A stretch of 63,915 bases of DNA, the filler included, from Sphacelaria rigidula (Eukaryota): assembly GCA_964200075.2 (NCBI GenBank). It is 6 parts of 6 records of this genome, joined end to end, with 100 filler letters (N's around TTAATTAATTAA, not from the genome) between each part and the next. Parts side by side here need not be neighbours in the genome. Positions count along the whole stretch, not along the records: positions 21,345 to 31,914 come from CAXNAA020006260.1; positions 32,015 to 42,582 come from CAXNAA020006262.1; 4 more parts are not named here. One strand, 5' to 3'. Each line of letters begins with the position of its first letter. Within the stretch, counting starts at the first letter, position 1. Shown one piece after another: positions 24,923 through 37,252 of this stretch. The translations under genes and the position numbers were made by a program. The notes under the pieces were generated by a model, which saw only the letters and a list, made by a program, of their open reading frames with translations, was not told where the DNA came from and made no database searches.

Positions 24923-26036
24923 TATGTATCACCCGCTGTTCACAGATTGAACCATGCAAACCCCACAACACTTATCCCCAGCTACCACCACAACCCTGCA
25001 GCAAAGAGCACGAGTTGGGCACAGCGATATAGATACACACTGCCGTAGTTGGGTATGATGTATTTCTTATTGGTGAAATTTTAAACTTGAGCATCTTCTT
25101 CCATGGTCACGAAATCGCGCGGCGCCGGAATCACGCGGGGCAGGGTGCGAGCAACAAGCGGCGGCTTATTGCATACACACTCATGGACAGTGCAGGCCGT
25201 ACAAAGCTGCGCACACTGTTCAAGTCCTTTCACATCGCACTGTCAGCATAAAACATAATATAGTCCTGCCCTATTTGTACAGTACTTTGCCCGCTTCCCT
25301 TTCACGTCCTGCTGACTGCAGTTGTGCGTGCGTTGCAAGAACGGGCGTCGTGATGTATGCTGCTGTAGCTGGCGGTATTTAACACCCCCATGCACCCAAA
25401 GTTACAGGCATCCACTTTGATTAGCCATACGTAGCGCATGTGCCGCGCTAACTCTGCAGTAAATTGCACCGCACGTAGATAAGCACGATATGGTACTGTC
25501 TTGCACAGTATTGTACAGTTCAGTACAGCACCAAACGGTGCTTATTGTTGTGATTGTCATATCCTCATCAACCTACAGGATAAACCGCGATCATAATGTT
25601 TTGAGTGTTCAATCCAAAAAATACTTTGGTATTGATATGGTAGATTCGCGACGACGGGGTTCTCGGGACCTGTATGTATACAGTTGTGAGGTTCGTACAG
25701 ATATCATACCATAATCACCAGCTAAAGCTCTGTACCGCAGCCGTGTAGGCATACACTCGCATCAGTGAATGGGATTTGAACACAGCCGAGGCTGTTGAAG
25801 AATTCTATCCCCTTGCCCAACTGATTTATGAATCGGGGGGCAAGAGGATGAATTTTCAACACTTTCTTTCTGCTGCCTCTCAAATCTCATCCGCTGATAC
25901 GGTGCAGTATGTGGGACTTGAACAGCATAAGCTGCTCGCAAATGAGTTCTTTTTTCGCCCGATTTCGGGTATTGGCAGGCAAAATGTGGATTAATTTCGA
26001 ACAGTTTCTGGTGTACAAATTTCATCTGCCAGTGTA

Positions 26037-26780
26037 CAGGCCGGGCCGCCTAAGAAGCGGACTTGCCTTCAGCCGGGTTCTCACTGACGATCTCTCGCGA
26101 GTTGTGCCTACTATGACACATCGTGGTAATCTGCATATCAACGTGCGTCTTTCACTTCACGTAGCACTGCGATCTGACAAGTTCCCATCAAACGAAATAT
26201 CACACTGTAGTCAGCTGCGAAGTGTGGAGAGTTGAGGGTGGCATGTATGTGCGGCGAGATAAAGGCGGGAAACGACTGAAATCGCATTTACGGTTACAGT
26301 CGGTTGTGCCGCGGCCGCAACGTGATGGTGCTGCACTAGGTGTGGTTGTACAACAAGGCATGTCGTACGGTAGGCGCACAGTGTCTGAGATGGCACGCAG
26401 ACGAGACCTCCAGCGCACCAACGTGTCGCGCTTGTAGAAAACGTCGAAGTTCCGGCTGAGGTTATTGAACTCTAAAAGCAAGGGAACCTGCTTCGACAGA
26501 TAAACGCGATTACACTGCCCAATTCCAAGTCGTTTTCCATGAAATTTTGACACGATATGCATGAGGTATATGCAAAGCCCCTGCCGTTTCCCCCTTTCTT
26601 TTTTTTTCTCGTGGGTTATTGGTGAACTAGGTTTCGGAACAACGTTTCCTGGTACAAAAGCGTCGACCACTCATTAACAAAAACAAACGTCAAGGGGGGA
26701 CAGTAGGGACTTCACAACATACCTCGTGCGCATTCTGAAATAAAATGTGGGAAAATACGTGAAATTGTTGATAGCACCGC
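26037..26780 (-). mobile_element. Truncated inverted copy of the CAGGCTGGG MITE
   Basis: TA|caggccgggccgcctaagaagcggac...; reverse complement of ~39600-40304. Confidence 0.85.
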
Positions 26781-28243
26781 GACTAGTTTAGGCGCCGTGC
26801 TCGTCCTTTGAGGGTTCTTTTTTGTTACAGGGAGTTGGGGAAGGCACGACACGGGTGTAATTCGTGCGCAAAAAATATGGCACGGGCACGTTTCATCTCA
26901 ATTCCCACCGGCAGGGTACTGTCATCTTCGATGTTCAGAGCTCACGTCACATTAGTTCAATTCTTTCACTACATGAGTTTTGATCTCCGACCCGTGGTCA
27001 CGGGGTGCAAGGAACTCACCACCGATGACCATAAAACCAAGAGTCGACAGAGGATGTCTTTGCACAAAAAACTGTACACGAAAACAATCACCCCGCCAAA
27101 ACCGATCGAGCAACGAGGAACACACTGCAAGCCAGCAAATTACCGGCGTGCGATCTAGACGACCAACTTACCACCCCCTGCTGCATGTACATGTAGGAAC
27201 AGCAAACGCAGGAATCGACATGTCGCAGGCAGCGAGAACCACCGCGAGAAAGACTTGATAATATTGAAAAATGTCCCAGGTTCAAGGAAATTCGGTGATG
27301 GCTTCATCGAAGAAACATCAACTGACTTGGCTCGGCATCAACATCAAGTGAGTTGATCACCCTAGTATTAGTCCGGTGTAATTACCTAGATAGAGCTAAT
27401 CCAAGTTCGAGTACCTCAAATCTATCTGCCCTTTTGTTTTTCCCCTCACACTTTCAACCCCCCCCTCCCTCGGAATGAGTCCGTGGTCTCGAGGGATCAA
27501 CTCACCTCTCCCCCGGTACGCGCCTTTCGTTTCGCTCTTGCGGATTGGGTCAGCACTTCCGCACCGCGTCAACCCACGTCACACAAACCCAGTCGACTAA
27601 TATTGTTTACCCACGTACTCATGTTTTCCACGGTGGAAATCGTACATAACGAAGAAGAAATCCAACCAATCGGGAATCAAACCCCCGTTCTCTCCGCCCC
27701 AATGACAACAGTCGGATCAAAAAACCACCGGGGCGCTGGAAGCAGATATTTCCGTGATGTGTCGGGAGCAGTTTAGAACGAAGGCAATATAAAACTGAGG
27801 ACACACCCAATGCCCCCCAATCCTGGCCCCCGAAAAGTACTGGAAAAAGAAGTTGGTTTGACGACGTTACTGTAAGACTACACAACGCCGAAAAAACCGG
27901 AGCCCAAAACGAGAAGAAACGACGCCGCTAAAAAGTCACAGAGACTGACGGAAGCTGACGTGGACGATGTCGGATCTGACGAAGTTTGTCACGTCCCGAG
28001 TGTAGACATCTGGGTTTGGAACGCAGCATGGCATCAACAAAGGTAGACAAGGGGAAGGTGAATGAACGAAGAGACGTGCAGGCTGAAGATTGCACTGAGG
28101 CATGTTGGACGAGATGAAGAAAGAAACGTCTAGCACCGACGAGAGCAACCATTGAAGGTGTGAGAGAGCAGGATGAAAATACGACTACACATAGTTGAGA
28201 GGGCATTGAACAGGGACAAGGAATGGCCACTTGTGGTACTTAC

Positions 28244-28702
28244 CGTCAGCGGCGGTTTAACTTCCAACTCCACTCCTGGTGGCCGTGGGTCGGCTACCTT
28301 GTCGGATCGTACTGTTTTTATTCTATTCGAGGGGAGGAGAGATCTTAGTTGGTGGCGTGATGGGTTGGTTTCCGGGAGGGGACAGGGAGTTATCACTGAC
28401 CCGCGGTGCTTTGCGCGGTGTCGAATCGTCGTTTCTTGACGAATATGACGCTTTCTCAACAAGTGCCGTTGGAAATCAGACAGGAGCGTGGCACGCGCGT
28501 CGTAGAAACAGAGGTCACACCTTATGAAAGCTGGTTCGCCATCCCCCGCCAAGAGATCATAGAGTGCTTTTTGGGACAGGGTTGCTGTACACTCGTAACA
28601 CGGATGAGTGCACTCCTCGGCTGCTTTCACGAGGGTTTTTACGCACGCGCGGCCGTCCGCGTGGGCGTATACCCTGTCTTTACCGCCGGTAGGATCGGAC
28701 AT
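28244..28702 (-). CDS. Putative exon or ORF fragment with a C2H2-like zinc finger, function unknown
   Basis: MSDPTGG...CDLCFYDARATLLSDFQRHLLRKRH (C-x2-C-x14-H-x5-H); ends at ACG|GTAAGT donor. Confidence 0.4.
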
Positions 28703-30436
28703 GCAGTGGTACGGGGTGCTGACCCCGATCTCGCCGCCACACGCTAAGTAGAGGAAGGGCAGCTGTTTTCTGGAGCCCTTCGGGACTGGTTTTGTATCCT
28801 GCGAGATAGAGATGTGGGTCTTGCCGGTGGAGCACCTGTCAATGCCGAACGAGTTGGAAGGAGGACGAAGCGACGGTTGCGGAACGTTCAGCGAAAACAT
28901 AGTGCGGAAGGAAAGATAGTTGTACTGTGAGCGAATGCGCGACGAACGGGTGTTGAAAGCAACGGTGTCGAGTAGGTTGAAAAGGGAGGAAGTGGGATAA
29001 GAAGTTGCCTTCGGTTATCAGGATACTTCTCGATGAACCTGCACTGAGGAAACCACGGCCTCCACGTAAGTGTGGCATTCTGTACAAGCAAGTCTAGCAT
29101 GTAGGAGTGTATTATCAAAAAGAAGGTGGGAGGTCCCCCCCTAGCGTCCCGTTCCTAATGTGTGTCGAATCGTGGGCTTGCAATGGTTGGCGCCAACTCC
29201 GGCGGGAAAGTACACCGAGAGCATCGAAGAAATGGGCTGGGGGGTGAGCCAGTTAAAATTCGATATCTTCACTGCTATTACTGGAGTTCAACTGGAAATG
29301 GGTACGAGAGCGCCAGTTGTCCAGTTCATGTGGAGGTGTTGCGCCGCTGATCTATGCTGAGTAATTTTTATAGTAGTTCAATCATGGGGAGTTTATACGA
29401 AGGAAATACTGTGCACGATTAGACTGTAAGGTTGAAGTCAGCAGTCTACAGCAGTTCAGATCCCACAAGCGTCGGTGGTACCCCGTTGTTCTGCAGTTTT
29501 TTTTATCGCCGACATCGGGTCGGTCGAAGGCTGGTCAGTCAAATGAGATAAACGAAGACATGAAGAGGTGAGTCTCAGTTATGGTGGGACGCTTGGTGCT
29601 GAAGTGCCGAACTCCATACCCCAATTCAAAATTACATGAAGATCGATGTGAACATGAAGCAGGAGATACTCACAATACCTCGAAGTAATGTAGAAGGTAT
29701 GTACCTCATCCCAAAACAAAATCCGGTCATGGGCGATCACAAAACACACAAGCATTCTATCGAATGAGCTGCGGTGAGAACCTGTTTACTTCAATTGCCC
29801 AAGGTACTGCCAGGGTGTGGCATGTTTGTTCCGATCCCCAGGTCCCCAAGAAGAGGGTCTGCTGCAGAATGGTGTATAGAAATGATGTTCGAATCGCTAC
29901 TACATACCGAAGATATGTTATAGCAGTACGAGGCTCGTATCAGCTCGAAGTGAGTGGTTACATTATTCACAACCAATTACGGTTACCGCAGGAAAAAAGG
30001 TCAAACACGAGAAAATGTTCTGACTTGGGCGACGCTCCTGAGCGGGACCTCCTACCAGCCGGGAGGGGCGATTAGCTGGAAAAAGTGGATGGAGTGGCAA
30101 CTGGCGCGGCAAGTGTTGACGGAACTGAACAGAGCTGATTGTTCACAGCCCCGATAATAAATTTGAGGTTTTGTAGCGTTAAGGTGCACTGGGTAGGGTA
30201 CGAGAGTTTTCGTGGATCATACAGAAATAGGGAATACCGATAAAAAATCGCTAGGAGGCCACGAAACTTGTCGGGTAGGGATAGGAGGCTTACTAAGAAT
30301 CCACTGGTGGTATTGTGATGAAAAAGGATTGCATAGAAAATAGAACACGCATCCGGATATTTGTACAAGGGTATAGGGTTAAACCGTGTGTACAGAAAGA
30401 ACACAACTATCTTGGAAGGGTATGGTGGATCACAAC

Positions 30437-30700
30437 AGTCACGCAACTGTCGTGGACCGGCAGGACAGTCTTCGACAAGTCACAGAACTGTCGAAGGATT
30501 AGGAAAGCGTTACTGACATCAAAGATCTGTCGAGTAAGGGTGTGCAAGTGACACTGAAGTCATAGAGCTGTCAAGTTGGGCAACGAAAGCCTTACAGCTT
30601 TCACTAGAAAAATCGGGTAGGCCAACCACAGTCCAAGAGAAGCTACAGAACTGTCGGTTACGGGGATGAAAGTTTTCCAGAAGTCACCGAACTGTCATAT
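30437..30700 (+). repeat. Degenerate ~41-bp minisatellite, core AGTCACAGAACTGTCG
   Basis: Core at 30437, 30478, 30517, 30558, (30599), 30641, 30682; scattered copies at ~30260 and ~31690. Confidence 0.75.
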
Positions 30701-31760
30701 AGGGATAATATCTGCAAAGATACCCCGTGTATGCAACAATCCGGCCCCTATACGAGATCGGGTTGGACACCATAGACCGATACCTTGCAAATTGATACCG
30801 ATGGCGGCGCAGATGAAGGCCCCCCAGTCGGTTCGATACCTGTTGATTATCATGTTTCGCCTTCCCTTTCAACTCGTACCCTATGACCCGTCTGTTCCCC
30901 GAACAGGACAAATTATCTTGAAGGGTGTACGGAGTTGAATACCAAGGGATGTTAGATGGATGGAGGTTGGGGAACAAGTGCGAGATTTCAGAACAAAGGT
31001 AGGGATTGAGAGTAAATCTCCACCCTTCCCAGGTAATACCCGCACTCTGCCTACATCGCATATACGCACAATGGTACATATGTTGAATCCGGGCCGGGAT
31101 TACGGGAGGCTTACAGAACCTTGCAGAGTCGTCGACCAGGGGTATGAGGCAGTTTCAGATAATAACAAACTGGCGAGTAAAGTTAAGAAAGGTCTTACAC
31201 AGCCGCTGTGTACCGGTTTGACAGTTTTACACGGTTGAAAGGACTGGACAAAAGACAGCAGGAGCCAATCGCCCTGGCGAAAACGCGATTTTCTTGTTTT
31301 GCCATATCATGCCGACAAGGTGTAGGTTCGTGTGAACCATACGTCGGACGACAAAACACACAGCTTGTTGGCAGCACTGATGGCAGCACGCCGGAATTTG
31401 TGTATCAGCGCGGAGCGATGGCACGATAAGCTGCGTCTTGCCGTTGATCCCAGTAAAGGAAAATAGCGCACATACATACCAGCTCTGCACGCAATTGGCT
31501 GCAGGGTCAAACTCAGTTACAGGTTCCCCGGGATAATTCCCATCCATATGACAAATATCGACGTGTTCATGAAAAGTATCTCGCGTAGCGAGAGAAGAGT
31601 AGTTTTAAATCTCAAATGTTGCGTCGTCGAACTCGATCCACTCACAGGGTTGTCGTTGTAGACCAGGGGTGTGGTGGACTTACAGAACATACAAAACTGT
31701 CGGGTCCCGGTATAAAAGTTTCACAGGGGTGACAGGATTGAGGAACACACAGCAGTAGCC

Positions 31761-31856
31761 GGTCGCCCCGGTGGCTCAGATGGTAACCTCGAAACCTTCT
31801 GACGGTTGGGACGTGGATTGAAATCTCGGGAAGACCTGAGATTTTCTCTCACACCA
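31761..31856 (+). mobile_element. tRNA-derived SINE head
   Basis: A box TGGCTCAGATGG and degenerate B box GATTGAAATC; homolog at 52428-52524. Confidence 0.65.
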
Positions 31857-31914
31857 CGCCACGGTTAGGACAAATCATCACGACTCAAAATCACCAAATT
31901 CACGATTTCTTCTG

Positions 31915-32014
31915 NNNNNNNNNNNNNNNNNNNNNNNNNNNNNNNNNNNNNNNNNNNNTTAATTAATTAANNNNNNNNNNNNNNNNNNNNNNNNNNNNNN
32001 NNNNNNNNNNNNNN
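31915..32014. other. Artificial contig linker
   Basis: N44-TTAATTAATTAA-N44. Confidence 0.98.
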
Positions 32015-32779
32015 CCCTAATTTTTCTTATTTTTTGCCCCCGGGTCCCGCCCCCGGCGGGCCCCCCTCCCCCGGCGGGGGGGGGGGGGGGGGGGCTCGCT
32101 GCGCTCGCCAATATTGATATCGATATCGTATCGATTCGATTATTGGTTCGATATGCAACACTACTAGAAAACGGATTTAGGCTCTCAAAGCAATATCTCA
32201 TCGACACAGACGACTCGGGTCATGATCCGGATATTGTATTAATTGTTCAATCAAGAGAAAGGTGCCCATTTGCTTCAAAGTCCGGGCCAATATTTTCTCG
32301 TTGATCAAATCCCCATGTATAGTACTTCCTTTACCTAACGGAGATAGCGTCCATACAAAAATGTATATGAAACCCCAATCGATGCAATCAGCGGATGGCA
32401 ACCGTTTTCAGTCTGGACATTCCCTGGAGCACTGGGAGACGATAGATATCCTCACGTTCACCTCATTCATCATCTATCTCGAGATATGGCGCACATAAGG
32501 CTCTATATTAACATCGATATATTAAGAGCAGAGGCACTAGATGCTATAAATCAGGATATCGCGTCTCAGTTTTCGAGAGTTGTGCTTTAAAATTTTACAT
32601 GGAGAGCCGCTAGTGCATGATGAAGCAAAAAAAAAAACTATTTTATTTATTCTTTCATTTCTTTCGGGTTTTTAGGGCAGTTTTGAGGAGGAATGAACAC
32701 TGCTCTCCGGCCTTATCTCACTTTTTCAGCTTAATTTTTTTTCAGAATAGTGATTTGAAACTTAGCATGAGGGATCACA

Positions 32780-33077
32780 AACAACGTTTTCGTGAAATTG
32801 AGAGGTGAACGTACGACTGAGAGTGGAAAGCGATCAATTAGTCCGAAATGCACCTCCACCAGGCCCAATAATATTCTCTCTGTAGTAGCTTACCACTGAG
32901 GCCTTCGATACCCCTGAGTAGGATATCAACGTGTAGCTGTAAGCACATGGCAGTGNNNNNNNNNNCAGTGATGAGACGACGAAAAGCACACACGGAATGA
33001 AAAATTGGCCAAGTCAAAGCGAATGATCAAAGCCACTCTCAATCGCACCCAGCTCTCAATCTCACGAAAACCTTGTT
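32780..33077. mobile_element. MITE, same family as 9220-9519
   Basis: Same TIRs and internal ccctgagtaggatatc..cgtgtagctgtaagcaca. Confidence 0.8.
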
Positions 33078-34457
33078 CACAGAGGTATGCTGAATGAAAA
33101 AAATGGCCCTTCGTTTTTCTTGGAGGGGAGAGGTTAGGACGTTCTCGCAAAAAGACGGTCGTTCTCAAACTAAAGCGCCCTACTTAACCAGTGAAAAATA
33201 AATAAATACCAACCTGACTCATTTTATTGGTTCATTATCCCCTAGCGAGTTCCCACACAAAGTTTCAACACACAAACACCAAACGTGGGCCGGTAAGTGG
33301 CCTGCAGAATACTGTTCCGAATTTCCACCGACCCCGACACTAAACCGCTCACTTGCAGACCAATATTTTGAGTTGGCCCCTGAAATTTGGTATGGACAAT
33401 GCACAGGGCACATGAAAAAAATTACGCAGGTATCCTACGATTTTTTTATTCTCATGAATCAAGGGCAATTATCAGTTTTCAGGTAACAGTAAAATGTCCT
33501 CAACTCATGTAAAAAAAGAAAAATGGGTACATCGTAAGTTTTTTCCATGTGCCCTGTTTATTGTCCATACCAAAAAATTTCAGGGTCCAACTCAAAATAT
33601 TGGCCGACGAATGGGCGTGCAAACTACAAATCCGCCCTTAGGCTGGCCCAGCTCGTATGGTGACAGATGTCCCGGGAGCAGGATATGAAGAAGAGGTTCA
33701 TTGATGTATAATCGTACCTGCAGGAACGGGTAAACGACAACCTCCACCGTCGAAGATTACACACGGAGACACGCATTCACGTTCTCCACACACAGCACGA
33801 ATAGGAAACATCGTCCACCGTCGACGAACACACACCCGGGGACACTCGTACCATTAGACAAAATAGTATTGCGCCGCCCGATCACCCTAGGACACAACGA
33901 CTTGTGACGGACACACGCCAGTGTTCGCAACCATGAGTCCAGCACTATTGCACCGCAAAAACGCCCGTAGCCGCAGTGACTTTGTATCGACATTTTCAAT
34001 CCCACGTCACAACAAGCAGGCGATACCCACAACGTGATGGATATATATTTGAGAAACAGAACATGCAACGTACACAATCGACGAACAACTAACAGTGGGG
34101 ACCGTGGAAAGCAGTGTAAAAAATGTGTTTCAAGTTGAGAAACGACTCGAAAAATATGTTTGGGAAATACATGATGAAAAGTGGCATCGGAAACTTCGCG
34201 GTTCATGATGAAAAGAGATTTTGACAAAAACACAGCGAACGGATATATTCGAGAGAACGATGAAAAATGGGATCGGAAACTTTGCGGCTGCTGCAGCACG
34301 GAAAAAAAAAAGGATCAAGCAGAGACGACGATGATGTGCGCGCGATTCGGTGATGAAAGCAAAAGTGGCATCGGAAACTCCGCCGGTGATAATTGCGTGC
34401 TTTGGTACTTCGAAGAAACGCCATAGCTGCTCATCAGCTGTGTACGTTGTTCTCCCT

Positions 34458-34735
34458 CGAGGGTAGGCCATCTGGTCATGTACTGATTGTTGAATTAAAA
34501 CTGATGCCGGTTCGACAGACTATCAATGGTCGCTGTCAAACAGCTAACAGTTAACAGTTAACAGTTACCATGTCGCCCAAATCTGTTCAGAATCCAATGC
34601 GAAAATAGAGGCCGTTTGTTCTCCCTTAGAGCTAGTGCGCGAGGGTAGGTCATCTGGTCATGCAGTGATTTTTCAAGTAAAACTGATGCCGATTCCACAG
34701 ACTATCCACGGTCGCGGTCAAACAGTCACCATGTC
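34458..34735 (+). repeat. ~95-bp direct repeat, two copies 182 bp apart
   Basis: cgagggtagg(c/t)catctggtcatg...aaaactgatgccg at 34458 and 34640. Confidence 0.8.
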
Positions 34736-35077
34736 ATCTCGGACGCCAAAAGGATCCACCGATACATCAGCGAGAAAATCCATCAAATTGAACGCATCAC
34801 GTCAAAACACCATGCAGAACACACACAGCCCGGAAAGCAAAACCCAAGCAGAACCGGAAGGCACTAATATGTCTAGCGAAATGAAAGCGGAGAGGCTAAT
34901 ATGTATAATCAGCGAAAACGTATACTCTAAAATCAAGTAAGAGGTCATGGTGCGTTCTCAGAGCTCCTGGGTGGAAGGAAATGCCCGGAAAGGTATATTC
35001 TCTAATATCAAGTGAAAAAGTACACCTGCATCCAAGCTCGTCAACGGCCAAAAAGATTAAATGTATCACGTGTATAT

Positions 35078-36759
35078 CACCCTGGACAATACAATATGTA
35101 ATATATTTTGCCCGCACAATATGTCGACGCGTCGGGTGGTCAATATATATATTGGGCGAGCAATATGATGGTACGACAGAGGGTCAATATATATATATTG
35201 TGCCATCAATATGGCAAGGCTCGCGATATGCAATATATATCGACGGAACAATATATCACGACACGCGCCACCTCAATATATATTGGCCGAATAATATGTT
35301 GTTGCGAGAAAGCACCAATATATATTTGCCGAGTAATATACTCCCCGCCACACGAGGTCAATACATGTTGATGATTCAATATACTCAACACCCGAGGCGT
35401 CAATATATATTGCCGCCCCAATATGTCGTGCGTCAATGCGTCCAATATGTATTGGGCAGACGATACACGAGGGAACCGACGGTCACGATACATATTGGTG
35501 TAGTAATCTATTTTAATTTACAACATGTATATTGGAAATTGTATTGGAATTATTATAGTATAGTGAGCAACTCTATGTTCGCTGGCGCCATTGAAAGATG
35601 TGTCACCACATGCCGAAAACGCTTAATATTTTCCTCCGCAAGCGTGTTCAATAGATACTGGCTGCACAATAGCTATGCGATGAACGTGCGCAACATATAT
35701 TGGCAAAACAATACTTTTGCACGGTTTGCGTTCAATATATATTATGGTAACAATATGCGACGCATCGCTTCGACTCAATATATATATTGACACTTCAATA
35801 CATACACGGCCGGCATGCACAAAATATATTAAATGTTTCATTCCCGGAGCAAATTCATGTCCAACATATATATATATTGTCATACATTTCTTCATGACCA
35901 TGACACGAGCAATATATGTTGTTGCTTTAATGTCTCCAAGGACATCTCAACACAATACATACTGAAAGAACAATATTTGCGCTGGCTCCAACACAAAGTA
36001 TTGGTATCATATTGGAACATATTGTGTTGTCCAGGGTATAAGCAACACAGCACCGGTGACCACAGGGGTACCAAAAGGCACATATCAACCCGCGTTTTTT
36101 TATCATCGTGATGCTCAGCCAAGATATATCAATTACATGCTGTGAAGGGTATGGGCGGTCTCGCACCGGTGGCCAGATAGGTATCAGGAGGCGTACATAC
36201 CGGGTCGCCTCTTACGTCACCATATTTTCTGACCAGTATATATGTATATATATATACATATATATCAGCGCATTCGAATAAACTCTCCGTAGTAATGCAC
36301 GCGGACTTCTGCGGCTCCCTTTAAAGCTTTTCCCAACCTGGACGGGCTCCGGCATCCATCGCGTCTGGACCTTCCTTGAAGCGTACACCATACTTATAAT
36401 ATCCGATATATATTGACCGGCCAATACATTAGCACCCACGCAGGCCCAATATATTTTGACCGGTCGAAATGTTTTCATCAGTACTACCCCAATATATATA
36501 TTGGTCGTCCAATATGCTGTCGCCCACGCTACCCCAATATATATATATATATTGATAGGACCATATGTGTTCAACCCTACAGTACCCATATATATTGGGC
36601 AGGCAATATGTATGCAGTCCCACGACATCAATATATATATTGGGCGCGCAATACGTTTGCAGTCCAGGGGTATCAGCATATATTACGCCGGCAATATATC
36701 GCAAAATTCCAGTATGATCGACAAATATATATTGGAAACATTTTGTATTGTCCAGGGTG
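35078..36759. mobile_element. Non-autonomous TIR element (CACCCTGGACAATACAATATG) with one left and two right termini
   Basis: 35078-35098 is the reverse complement of 36018-36038 (2 mismatches) and 36739-36759 (1 mismatch). Confidence 0.7.
35099..36735 (+). repeat. Regularly interspaced array CAATATATATTG-N6-CAATAT-N18/19, ~28 units in three blocks
   Basis: Unit starts 35141, 35185, 35231, 35274, 35316, 35359, 35401, 35443, 35486; 35649, 35691, 35733, 35776...; 36404, 36447, 36490...; spacer sequences differ. Confidence 0.9.
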
Positions 36760-37212
36760 TGTATATATATACATATATCTAAAACTCCAGATGCGTCGAA
36801 GCAGAAACGTTCGTTTTTCCTTTCTTTTTTCCAACGGTGTCTGGGACATGTCGTTGAAATCATGAGGACGTGAGTACTCGTGGCAAAAAGGGGTATGTAT
36901 CGTCTTGACGCGAGCTTTTGTTAGACGACAGTCAACGCGGTGCGGGAGTGCTGATCCAATCCGCTATACAGTACCAAAATGCGAGAACGCAAACAGCGTT
37001 CAAGGGAGGATACACGATATGATACGAGCCACGAACGAGCTTTCAAGGTGAGGGGCGAGTACAACGAGTGAACCTTCGACACGTTCCAGTCAAGGTACAC
37101 GATCTTCCACACTACAGCGCGTACACTCTGGCTCAATGAATGAAAACATACGCATGAGGTTTGGAAATGTAAAGATATACAAAAAGGGGGTACATCCCCC
37201 AAAATCTCTGCC

Positions 37213-37216
<4 letters not shown>

Positions 37217-37251
<35 letters not shown>
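37217..37251. repeat. (TG)n microsatellite
   Basis: Pure dinucleotide run. Confidence 0.95.

Positions 37252-37252
<1 letters not shown>

Noticed and set aside
25776-25994. Protein-like ORF as a further dynein exon
   Set aside because: Different contig, no convincing donor site or motif, and it lies among repeats.
35099-36735. Calling the array a bona fide CRISPR
   Set aside because: Repeats are short, degenerate and AT-slippery, there are no cas genes or leader, the context is eukaryotic, and the array is bounded by TIRs. Reported as a repeat and a finding instead.
34981-36865. Ile/Tyr-rich ORFs (269 aa, 150 aa and others) over the array
   Set aside because: Translation artefacts of ATAT repeats; units of 42-46 bp do not keep frame.
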